Assembly (NCBI RefSeq): GCF_028641065.1
Contig: NC_073394.1
Span: 16,554,001-16,618,000 of the forward strand
DNA: 64,000 nucleotides
Source: Leucoraja erinacea
Lineage: Eukaryota
Direction: 5' to 3'
The notes beneath the pieces were generated by a model, which made no database searches, had not been told where the DNA came from, and was given only the letters and a program-made list of their open reading frames with translations. The position numbers and the translations under genes were made by a program. Below are positions 12,533 through 23,350 of the stretch, piece by piece. How positions within the stretch are numbered: the stretch's first letter is position 1; every line of letters begins with the position of its first letter.

Positions 12533-13690
12533 AACCATATAACCATATAACAATTACAGCACGAAAACAGGCCATCTCGGCCCTACAAGTCCGTGCCGAA
12601 CAACTTTTTTCCCTTAGACCCACCTGCCTGCACTCATACCATAACCCTCCATTCCCTTCTCATCCATATGCCTATCCAATTTATTTTTAAATGATACCAA
12701 CGAACCTGCCGCCACCACTTCCACTGGAAGCTCACTCCACACCGCTACCACTCTCTGAGTAAAGAAGTTCCCCCTCATGTTACCCCTAAACTTCTGTCCC
12801 TTAATTCTGAAGTCATGTCCTCTTGTTTGAATCTTCCCTATTCTCAAAGGGAAAAGCTTGTCCACATCAACTTTGTCTATCCCTCTCATCATTTTAAAGA
12901 CCTCTATCAAGTCCCCCCTTAACCTTCTGCGCTCCAGAGAATAAAGACCTAACTTATTCAACCTATCTCTGTAACTTAGTTGTTGAAACCCAGGCAACAT
13001 TCTAGTAAATCTCCTCTGTACTCTCTCTATTTTGTTGACATCCTTCCTATAATTGGGCGACCAAAATTGTACACCATACTCCAGATTTGGTCTCACCAAT
13101 GCCTTGTACAATTTTAACATTACATCCCAGCTTCTATACTCAATGCTCTGATTTATAAAGGCTAGCATACCAAAAGCTTTCTTTACCACCCTATCTATAT
13201 GAGATTCCACCTTCAAGGAACTATGCACGGTTATTCCCAGATCCCTCTATTCAACGGTATTCTTCAATTCCCTACCATTTACCATGTACGTCCTATTTTG
13301 ATTTGTCCTGCCAAGGTGTAGCACCTCACATTTATCAGCATTAAACTCCATCTGCCATCTTTCAGCCCATTTTTCCAAATGGCCTAAATCACTCTGTAGA
13401 CTTTGGAAATCCTCTTCATTATCCACAACACCCCCTATCTTGGTATCATCTGCATACTTACTAATCCAATTTACCACCCCTTCATCCAGATCATTGATGT
13501 ACATGACAAACAACAAAGGACCCAATACAGATCCCTGAGGCACCCCACTAGTCACCTGCCTCCAACCTGACAAACAGCTATCCACCATTACCCTCTGGCT
13601 TCTCCCATTCAGCCATTGTTGAATCCATCTTGCTATTCCTGCATTTATACTCAACAGTTTAACCTTCTTAACCAACCTTCCATGACTGGG
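12533..13690 (-). mobile_element. 5'-truncated CR1 LINE in RAG1 intron 1, (ATATGGTT)n tail
   Basis: ORFs 13247-13675 and 12614-13228 are in one frame separated by a single TAG stop. GVPQGSVLGP and YADDTK motifs; tail aaccatataaccatat on the plus strand. Confidence 0.95.
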
Positions 13691-13929
13691 ACGGTGGAGG
13701 AATTATGGAATCCTAACTAAGGGAAGGACTGCACCGGCAACTAAATTTTCCAGGGCTATTTGCCTTATGTTCTATTTGCTTTAAAATTGTTATGGATAAA
13801 GACAGGGCAAAACAAGTTAAAATTCTAAAGTGGGGCACGGCCAACTTTGATGGCATTGGACAGGAACTTGCTAAATTTGATTGAAGTAATTCATGGGCAA
13901 AAGAATGTTTGGTAAGTGGTGTACTTCGA

Positions 13930-14260
13930 TCCACATCCCCCCTCTGGCTCTACATTTCACTCCTTTTTCATCTAACAACTTTTGTCTCCTTTTCACTTCT
14001 ACCCTTTGTTACTTACCCCTCCCATCTGCCAACCAACCACACCCCCATTTCACCTGTATCCACCTTTCACTTGTGAGGCATTGCCCCATACCCACAGCTT
14101 TTCCAGCTGTCTTCTCCCCTATTCCAATCCATCTGCAGAAGAGTTCCGATACGAAACGTTGTCTGTCCATTCCCTTTAATATGCTGCCTGACTCATTGTG
14201 TTTCTGCAGAACATTGATTTTTGCTCATCATTCAAGATCTGCAATCTCTTGTGTCTCTTT
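13930..14260 (+). mobile_element. Penelope-like element 3' remnant
   Basis: Pyrimidine-rich tract followed by cagaagagttccgatacgaaacgttg and the tgctgcctgact...gatctgcaatctcttgtgtctc terminus. Confidence 0.55.
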
Positions 14261-14534
14261 AACAGCTGCATTTATTTGATTGGTTTGTATGTTCCACTAA
14301 AGTGACACCAATCTATAAGAGTGATCTAGCTAACAACATTTATTCAACACCCTTAGCTGTTTTGAGATAAAATTCAGAAAATATCGTTTGTGTAATGAGA
14401 CAGACAGCATCAGTTATTGATGTAGTCCTCAAGGGTGATCTTTTTTATTCTATTCCATTGCTGTTGACACAAAGTACTCCTGCATTGGCTGCAAAATATT
14501 ATGTATTTTTGTATTGTAAGCATACACCTATTAG

Positions 14535-15315
14535 AAACATAGAAACATAGAAATTAGTGCAGGAGTAGGCCATTCGGCCCTTCGAGCCTGCACCACCATT
14601 TAATATGATCATGGCTGATCATCCAACTCAGTATCCCGTACCTGCCTTTTCTCCATACCCTCTGATCCCCTTGGCCACAAGGGCCACATCTAACTCCCTC
14701 TTAAATATAGCCAATGAACTGGCCTCAACTACCCTCTGTGGCAGAGAGTTCCAGAGATTCACCACTCTCTGTGTGAAAAAAGTTCTCCTCATCTCGGTTT
14801 TAAAGGATTTCCCCCTTATCCTTAAGCTGTGACCCCTTGTCCTGGACTTCCCCAACATCGGAAACAATCTTCCTGCATCTAGCCTGTCCAACCCCTTAAG
14901 AATTTTGTAAGTTTCTATAAGATCCCCTCTCAATCTCCTAAACTCTAGAGAGTATAAACCAAGTCTATCCAGTCTTTCTTCATAAGACAGTCCTGACATC
15001 CCAGGAATCAGTCTGGTGAACCTTCTCTGCACTCCCTCTATGGCAATAATGTCCTTCCTCAGATTTGGAGACCAAAACTGCACGCAATACTCCAGGTGTG
15101 GTCTCACCAAGACCCTATACAACTGCAGTAGAACCTCCCTGCTCCTATACTCAAATCCTCTTGCTATGAAAGCCAACATGCCATTCGCTTTCTTTACTGC
15201 CTGCTGCACCTGCATGCCTACCTTCAATGACTGGTGTACCATGACACCCAGGTCTCGCTGCATCTCCCCCTTTCCCAATCGGCCACCGTTTAGATAATAA
15301 TCTGCTTTCCCGTAT
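14535..15315 (-). mobile_element. 5'-truncated CR1 LINE in RAG1 intron 1, (CTATGTTT)n tail
   Basis: 255-aa ORF 14628-15395 (RDLGVMVHQSLKV...RPHLEYCVQFWSP...RLRGDLIE); tail agaaacatagaaacatag. Confidence 0.95.
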
Positions 15316-16510
15316 TGAATGTAGACAAAGGACAATTGAAGAGAATGTTGGTTGTGATTCTTTAGCACACCTTGGTATATTGCAATATTCTGCATTCAGC
15401 ATAAATACCAGCTAATTAGCTGGAAAAGGAATCAGGATATACAATTATGCAATTGCTTCAAATGGATTACAAAAGCAGTAAAGAATACATTGTGTCACAA
15501 TATTTGTTCTGTTGTTTAACTAAAGGTTAACCCCAATACAAGAAATGTGTGGTGCTTAGTTTGAAACCCATACAAATTATTTCCTATGTATATACTTATT
15601 ATAATATATCTAGAGCTACCCTGACACCAGGTAACTGAAAACAGGAATGGTGGGGTATCTTAAAGATTTCCGTGCCCTTTTTTAAGAAGTGCAATTTCAA
15701 AACATTAACAACATCAATCCACCATGTTAGAGGTTAATGTTAATGAGTCTGGACTTAATAAAATCTTGAAACACTGAAGATAAACGTATTGCCAAATAGT
15801 TATCAACTGTGTAGGTTAATTGGCCTCTATAAATTGCCCCCAAATGTGTAGGAAGTGTGTAGAATGAGAAGGTAGAATAACATAGAGCTAGTGTGTAATC
15901 GGTGATCAGTGTAGACCCAGAGGGCCGAAGGTCCTGTTTCAATGCTATATATCTAAACTAAATTAGAGTAAATGTTAATATTAAATTATATTTTTTGTGA
16001 AAGGATGTTAGTAAAACAAAACCAAATTTATGAATAGTTCCCTCTACTTTCTCAAAGATCAGTCATTTGGTGGAAATTTCACTGAAATCAACCCCACTAT
16101 TTCACAAAGACAATCCAATTCTCCATTAACTGGGGGATTTACCCTGCCAACTCTTCTCATTTTTGTCAGAGTTCCTTCTAAAGTAAGATATAATATAAAC
16201 TGCAACATAATCTAAAATCCAGCTATGTTTAGGAAAGTAGTGAAATAAACACCTCAATACAATTATTTCATACATATTCTAATTTTAATATATTTAAATA
16301 AAAATCACATTAATATTATATCAATTAAACTGACTGTGTGAAATTGTGTACACTCTTATTGATTTTTATTTAAATATTTTCAACAATGTTATTATTCTTT
16401 TAGCTTGTTGCAATATGTTCAGAAGCTAAATGTCATGGTGGAGTTCTGCTGGCCATCACACTTTTATTATTTTACATTAAAATATATATTATAATAGAGC
16501 CATTTCTTAC

Positions 16511-16585
16511 CTTTCTCTTGCAGATGGTGTTTTTCACAGAGGTCTTCCACCTGTTTCAGATTATGAAGTTAACTCTGCAATAAAC
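16511..16585 (-). other. RAG1: Candidate non-coding exon 1 of RAG1
   Basis: Strong donor AAG|GTAAGA at 16511/16510 on the minus strand and a TATA-like CTATAAG about 30 nt upstream of the inferred start. Gives a 4584-nt intron 1 to the acceptor at 11927. The 5' boundary is inferred. Confidence 0.6.
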
Positions 16586-16690
16586 AGGAACACTCTCTCC
16601 TCTTCAGGCTTATAGTTTGGCACCTGATGTGGTGGCCTGCCTCTCTGACATGCCACTCACAAACTAGTGGTCAGACTTAACCACATTCTC
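16521..16690 (-). promoter_or_regulatory. Candidate RAG1 promoter with E-box, RUNX and ETS motifs
   Basis: E-boxes CAGATG 16521-16526, CACCTG 16548-16553 and CACCTG 16621-16626. RUNX TGTGGT 16628-16633 and ACCACA 16680-16685. CAGGAA near 16585, TATA-like 16609-16615. Non-repetitive island within AT-rich and repeat DNA. Confidence 0.6.
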
Positions 16691-16819
16691 AAACTGTGAA
16701 TGCTTTGTTGCATGATGTTTTCTAACATAATAAATTAAGTGGCGCTTTACATGGCCCGTGATGTCTTTATTTGTATTTCTTATTTAATTGTATTTATCCT
16801 TTTTTATTCTTATACTATA

Positions 16820-17330
16820 CTGACGGTGAATCTGTGGAATTCTTTGTCACAGAAGGCTGTAGAGACCAAGTCAGGGGATATTTTTAAGGCAGAGATAGAT
16901 AGATTCTCAATTAGTACAGGTGTCAGAGGTTATGGGGAGAAGGCAGGAGAATGGGGTTAGGAGGGAGAGATAGATCAGCCATGGTGGAGTAGACTTGATG
17001 CGCCGAATGGCCTAATTCTACTCCTATTCCTTATAACCATTATAACCATATAACCATATAACAATTATAGCATGGAAACAGGCCATCTCGGCCCTACAAG
17101 TCTGTGCCGAACAACTTTTTTTCCCCTTAGTCCCACCTGCCTGCACTCATACCATAACCCTCCATTCCCTTCTCATCCATATGCCTATCCAATTTATTTT
17201 TAAATGATACCAATGAACCTGCCTCTACCACTTCCACTGGAAGCTCATTCCACATCGCTACCACTCTCTGAGTAAAGAAGTTCCCCCTCATATTACCCCT
17301 AAACTTCTGTCCCTTAATTCTGAAGTCAAT
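16820..17330. mobile_element. Two CR1 3'-end fragments, tail to tail
   Basis: Plus-strand remnant 16820-17035 (VNLWNSLSQKAVETKS) abuts a minus-strand copy 17035-17330 nearly identical to 12533-12830. Confidence 0.85.
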
Positions 17331-17489
17331 AAATCATAGAGTCACAAAATCATGGAGCAAGGAAACAAGGTCTTCAGCCCAACATCCATTCAATCAGGTT
17401 TTATCACTGAGCTAGTCCCTTTTGCCTGTATTTGGCTTATATCTTGCAGTTATAGCATGACATCCCAACTCATGTACTCAATACCCTTA

Positions 17490-19633
17490 AACCCCCTTTT
17501 CACGGGGCGACTTGACGCAAGAGGTAACCAGAGTTTAACATCGTGGGAACCTCGTGCGGTAACAGTACGGCATTCGTGGACCACCGTGGCGCTAACGGCA
17601 GGTAATCGTGTAACTTGGGTACTCGGGAGAAAATTCAAACATGTTTGAATTTGTCCAAGAGTGACTTGTACACTTGTGGTTGAGCATTGCAACATTTTAT
17701 GAACGTAGTGGCCAGTGCGATATCCGTAGTAACTCTTGCGGTTACCGTGGGAACTCCTGCGAACGGTGAACCCGGAAGTTGGATAGAGTGAATCCAGCCA
17801 ATTTGCTATTTACATACAAATCTAATAAAACTAGCTAACAAGCATTTCATTAATGTCAGTGTGTCTCTTTTTGTCTGAAAGCAGTTTCTAACTGGAGGAA
17901 CTCCGCGGGCCAGGCAGCATCTACGGAGGGAAATTGACAGGCGAGCCTTTTCTCAGCCTGCCTTATCTCTCTACCCCCCCCCCCCCCCCCCCCAACTCCC
18001 ACCCCCACACACACACAAATGCTGGAGAAACTCAGCGGGTGCAGCAGCATCTATGGAACAAAGGAAATAGGCAACGTTTCGGCACGAAAAGTTGCTTATT
18101 TCTTGTGTATGTATCGGAAGGAACAGCAGATGCCGGTTTAAAGAGAATGAGTTCGACGACAGGCAGCATCTTTTGGGAGAAGGAATGGGTAACATTTCGG
18201 GTCGAGACCCTTCTGATATGCTCTTGTCCCGCTGAGCTACATGTTGTGTCTATCTTCGTTTTAATCCAGCATCTGCAGTTCCTTCCTGGCCGAACCCGAT
18301 TGAAAGATGAGAGGCTGGGCGATAGAAATCATTAATTGAATTAAATAACTAGATACCTGTCTAATCGTATCTACGGGATTGGACAAGCTAGATGGAGGAA
18401 GAATGTTCCCGATGTTGGGGGAGGTCAGAACCAGGGTCCCAGTTTTACAGTCTACCGTGGGAACTCTTTAATTACAGCGGGAACCCTTCAGTTTCCCAGG
18501 GGGTCGGGACGGGACTGGAGTTGGGAGGGAAAGGTGGGGCAGCCGAGGGAGAGGAGGGGGAGACAGATGGGGGTGTCTTCATTTACTGGCGGTGGGTGTC
18601 TGTCACTGAAACAGGCAGGTGAGATTTCGCATTCACCTTGTGTGTGCCTCTCTCTCTCTCTCTCCCTCCCTCCCTCTCACACAGGCATGAATGGAGGAAC
18701 TCCGCTGGCCAGGCAGCATCTACGGAGGGAAATGGACAGGCAACCCATTCTTCAGGCTGCCTTATGTCTCTCTCCCCCCCCCAACTTCCACCCACACACG
18801 CGAATGCTGGAGAAACTCCGCGGGTGCAGCAGCATCTATGGAACAAAGGAAATAGACAACGTTTCGGCCCCGCTGCACCCGCTGAGTTTCTCCAGCATTC
18901 GTGTGTGTGGGTGGGAGTTGGGGGGAGGGGGGGGAGAGAGACATAAGGCAGCCTGAAGAATGGGTCGCCTGTCCATTTCCCTCCGTAAATGCTGCCTGGC
19001 CCGCGGAGTTCCTCCAGTCATGCCTGTGTGAGAGGGAAGGAGGGAGAGAGAGAGAGAGAGAGAGGCAGTCCTGGTCAGTCCTTTGAAGATAGACACCAGT
19101 TGCTTGGAGCAACTCAGCGGGACAGGCAGCATCTCTGGAGAGAAGGAACGGGTGGCGTTTCGGGTCGAGAGCCTTCTTCAGACTGAAAGTTTCACCTGTC
19201 AGTAAATCATAAAATAACACAATCATCACGGTCAATGTGAGACACTGTCTTTATTCATATTTGACAAAATAAAAAGACGACTTCTTGCACATATTGAGAG
19301 AAGGTGCATCACACCAAACAACATTTGTCTAAAAAAACACAGGTTATTCTTCAGCTCATTATAGAGCTCGGGTGAAAAAAACCAATATAGTGTGTGACAA
19401 CAAAGGAACATCATTTGTGCCACGTGATTAACTACACTACAGTCCACGATGTTCATTCACGATTATCGGGAAAGATCGGGAGACGGACAAGTCACTCGCA
19501 AAAATGACAGAATTGCCGAGTACCGTGGGAACTCTTTGTCTACCCCCCCGTTATATCGTGTGATATCGTGCTAGACCACGACCACTCCACTCTGGCTACA
19601 TCTTGCGTCAAGTCGCCCCGTGAAAACTAGCCA
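17490..19633. mobile_element. Non-autonomous PIF/Harbinger-like DNA transposon, 2144 bp
   Basis: Perfect 26-bp inverted repeat ttttcacggggcgacttgacgcaaga at 17497-17522 and 19601-19626, each 7 nt inside the ends. TTA duplication at 17487-17489 and 19634-19636. 22-bp palindrome aaattcaaacatgtttgaattt at 17631-17652. No transposase ORF. Confidence 0.8.
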
Positions 19634-19890
19634 TTACGGATTATGGGACACATTTCAAATACTTTCTGCACCACCCTGTCCGGTATTAACTCATGGAACT
19701 CCCGGTCATTATTGTACAGTAAATATAATATTGATGGATATTTTCTCTTTATTGGTAAAAATTTAATGAACCCCACTGCAATAGCACACATCTCCTTTAG
19801 TTTTCCACCTGCATGCTGCTGCCATCTTCTGGACTGATTTATTATCACAGTATTTTTTTGTTGTTTGTCTCCCAAGTCTGCTTTGCCTAA

Positions 19891-20119
19891 AGGGCCCCGT
19901 CCCACTTGGGCGTCCTTTGCGTGTCATTTACGCGACATCATTTATGCGTCACGATGCATGACACGTGCGTCGTGGCACGCATTACGCGTGCATGGTGTGC
20001 AATATGTGCGCATGGTGCGTGTAGACGTAGGCGTGCGGCGCCCCAGGATTTTGGGATTCACAAAATCTTCGCGGGCAACCTGCGTGACGCGCAAATGATG
20101 CCCACGTGGGACAGGCCCT
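19891..20119. mobile_element. Harbinger-type MITE
   Basis: TIRs agggccccgtcccacttgggcgtc / gatgcccacgtgggacaggccct with TAA duplication (19888-19890 and 20120-20122). CpG-rich interior. Confidence 0.85.
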
Positions 20120-20419
20120 TAACTTCTGCCCCCTGACTCCCTTGAATTTCTGGTACATTACTGGTGTCTTTAACTGTGGAGTGACGCAAAATACCTATTC
20201 AACCTCTCTATTACTCTTTATATATCTGAAAAAACCTTGATGGGTGTGCTCAACGCAGGAGAGAAATGAAGGAATGAGAGGAATCAAGCAGCAGAGTGCA
20301 AGACAGCAGAGTGAACATATGGTTGGAGGGTGAACACAAAATACTGGAGTAACTCAGCGGGACAGGCAGCATCTCTGGAGAGAAAAAATTGCTGACCTTT
20401 TTTGGTCGAGACCATTCGG

Positions 20420-20912
20420 ACATGGTTGGAGGGAGGGGGACTGGGGGTGGGGAGGTGTGGGGGAAGGGGGGGTGTGGAGGAGGGTGTGTGGGGGAGGGGG
20501 GGTTGTGGGAGAGGAGGGGTGGGGGATTGTGTGTGGGAGGGGGGTGTGTAGGAGGGGGGGGTGTGGGGGAGGGGGAGGTGTGGGGGAGGGGAGGTGGTGT
20601 GGGAGAGGGGGGTGTGTGGGGGATGGGGTGTGGGGAAGGGTGGTGTGGAGGAGGGGGGTGTGTGGAGGGGAGGGTGTGTGGGGGAGGGGTGGTGTGGGGG
20701 AGGGGTGTGTGTGGGGGAGTTGGTGGGGTAGGGCGGGTGTGCGGGAGGGTGGGTGTGGGTAGGGGGTTTTTGGGAGGGGGTGTGTGGGGGAGGGGGCGGT
20801 GTGTGGGGGAGGGGAGGTATGTGGGGGAGCGGTGTGGGGGAGGGGTGGTGTGGGGGAAAGGGTGGTGTGGGGGGGGGGGGGTGGAGTGGGGTGGTGTGGG
20901 TGTGTGTGGGAG
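20420..20912 (+). repeat. G/GT-rich low-complexity array (GGGGGAGGGGGGTGTGT-like units)
   Basis: About 490 bp almost free of C, with dozens of runs of 3-10 G. Confidence 0.95.
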
Positions 20913-21324
20913 GGATTCCACTCAGTTGCACCACACAGCACCTCCCGGCTCCACTCAACGGGTTCCCTGACTCCACACAGCATCTTCCCTGACTCCACAC
21001 TTGTGGACTCAATCAGTACGGCTTGCGGACTCAGCCCCGCCTCCGGGATTTATTCTCCTCGCCCCGGAGATTGACAGCGGGTGCCGGAAGGGGCGTTACC
21101 TTCGTGGTGACTGACAGGCGAGAAGACCAATCTGCTGATCTCACGATTTTTTAAGCCTTCATAATATTTGTAATATTTCACCGATCGGAACAAAACTTGG
21201 TGCGCTTGGAGCAAAGGAGAACGGTGAGTACAGTGGCAAAAAAATCCTAGCGTTATAAGGCACCGTATTTGTGCAAATTTTTAAAAAAGGCAAACCGAAA
21301 GAGGACAAGATGAGAGTTTTAGTA

Positions 21325-22981
21325 CAGGTGCACAACCTTTTATCCGACGATCCAAATAACGAAAACCTCCGAATAGCGACATTTTTTTCGGTCCTTGAAG
21401 AAAGGTCCTTGAAAACATTCACCGAGGGCGACCCGCAGAGGTGACAGCGGAACCTCCGGTCGGTCCTCGAAGAAAGGGGAACTAAATCCCCATTCATAAA
21501 AGAGGTGAGGGTATATTGCGCGGGAGGGTTAATAATTTACAATATGCTGCTACCTGCCCGCTGAGTTAAAACGTTCCCACGGTAGACACGATACACAGTG
21601 TATCGTGAGTCTTGCGTGGGAACTTTTTAACTCAGCGTGCAGGCAGCAGCAAATTGTCGCTCCCTTCAGTTTCACCCCACCTACACCCCTCTGCTTCCCG
21701 GCCATGTGTGTGACCCCTTGCCTCCCCTCTCCAGCTCCCCGCTCATTGCACCGGCGCGGGGGCTTTGCACTGTCTTCACGTCGGCGATTCTAGCAGCGCA
21801 GTGCAGTCACCGGAGACGTCAGGACCAACGGGACACCGACCCCCAGGCCCACTGCAAGCACGGAGATCCCAGAGACCCACAGCCAGCAGCAGCCCAGCCC
21901 CGTTCCAACTCCAGAGGAAAACTGCAAACTGGCCGGAGACGTCAGGGCCACCAGAAGCCGCTCCCCGATGGGCCGCTTCGGCGACAAGTGGCAGTTCGCC
22001 CACAGCCCGATCTGCGCCCTCTCATCGGGACACGGACCCCCAGGCCCACTGCAAGTACGGAGATCCCAGATCAGCAACTCCAGCCCAGCCCCGTTCCAAC
22101 TTCAGAGGAACACGCAGTGTATGGGCAGAAGCTGATAGTGTGGAAGGTACTTCTTGTTCTTGGGGTCGCGCAGCTCGGGCTGTGGGCGAACTGCCACTTG
22201 TCGCCATAGCGGCCCATCGGGGAGCGGATTCCTCTGGAGTTGGAGGGGGAGGGAGGTATTGTGCTGTTTGATCGCCCCCTACTATCCCAGGGACAGGGAG
22301 ACAGGACGTTCACCGAGGGCGGCCCGCAGAGGTGACAGCGGAACCTCCGGTCGGTCCTCGAAGAAAGGGGAACTAAATCCCCATTCATAAAAGAGAAGGT
22401 GAGAGTATATTGCGCGGGAGGGTTAATAATTGACAATCTGCTGCTACCTGCCCGCTGAGTTAAAAAGTTCCCATGATAGACACGATACACAGTGTATCGT
22501 GAGTCTTGCGTGGGAACTTTTAAACTCAGCGTGCAGGCAGCAGCAGATTGTCGCTCCCTTCAGTTTCACCCCACCTACACCCCTCTGCTTCCCGGCCATG
22601 TGTGTGACCCCTTCCCTCCCCTCTCCAGCTCCCCACTCATTGCACCGGCGCGGGGGCTTTGTACTGTCTTCACGACGGCGATGGCTGCAGGTCAGTGCAG
22701 TCACCGGAGACGTCAGGACCAATTGGACGTCGACCACCAGGCCCACCGCAAGCACAGAGATCCCAGAGACCCACAGCCAGCAGCAGCCCAGCCCAGCCCC
22801 GCTCCAACTTCTGCCGGGATCAAGGCGCAAACTGGCGACCTTGCGGATATGAGCCGAGCACTCTACCACTGAGCCAGCCATTAAAATCTACGCAAAAAAA
22901 TTTCCATTCCGAAGACCGACAAATTCTGAATTACGAAAGGTGTCTGGTCCCAAGGCTTTCGGATAAAAGGTTGTGCACCTG
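21325..22981. mobile_element. Non-autonomous Tc1/mariner-like element, 1657 bp, with internal direct duplication
   Basis: Perfect 23-bp TIR caggtgcacaaccttttatccga (21325-21347 and 22959-22981) with TA on both sides. Block from about 21419 is repeated from about 22309. No transposase. Confidence 0.85.
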
Positions 22982-23034
22982 TAATAGTATAGATAGGTGG
23001 AGTCAATAATGGGGGGGGGGGGGGGGGGGGGGGG

Positions 23035-23350
23035 GAGTGCTGGTTTGTGTAATGGATTGCGCTACTTCCAGAACTTCCTGCAATTTCTGATGGTTCTGTG
23101 CAGAGCTATTGTCATACCAAGCTGTGATGCATTCAGAGAAATTGCATCTTTGTGGTTGGACCAGGACAAGATGCTGACAATATTTACACCTTGCAACGTA
23201 AATTTCCTGACCGTCTCCACCCCATCACTATTGATGCAGATGTGGGCATGTTCTTCGCCAGCTCCTTTACTGACATGGAGAGAGAGGTTGTTATCTTGAC
23301 ACCATACGAGGAGGATCTCTATCTCTTTCTTGTGCTGTGCCCCATCATTG
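23035..23350 (-). mobile_element. Rex1/Babar- or L2-type LINE RT fragment
   Basis: EIEILLVWCQDNNLSLHVSK...ICINSDGVETVRKFTLQGVNI...LSWSNH motif. Confidence 0.7.

Noticed and set aside
20250-21074. Long Pro/His/Thr-rich and Gly-rich ORFs
   Set aside because: Translation artefacts of the G-rich low-complexity array.
21594-22495. CACAGTG heptamers (also about 1117, 43288, 45122, 46336) as RSS or RAG-transposon TIRs
   Set aside because: No nonamer at either spacing; most sit inside SINE heads or the Tc1-like element.
21637-23009. Overlapping 100-190 aa ORFs as a transposase or novel gene
   Set aside because: No DDE or HTH motifs; GC-rich duplicated repeat with few stops in all frames.
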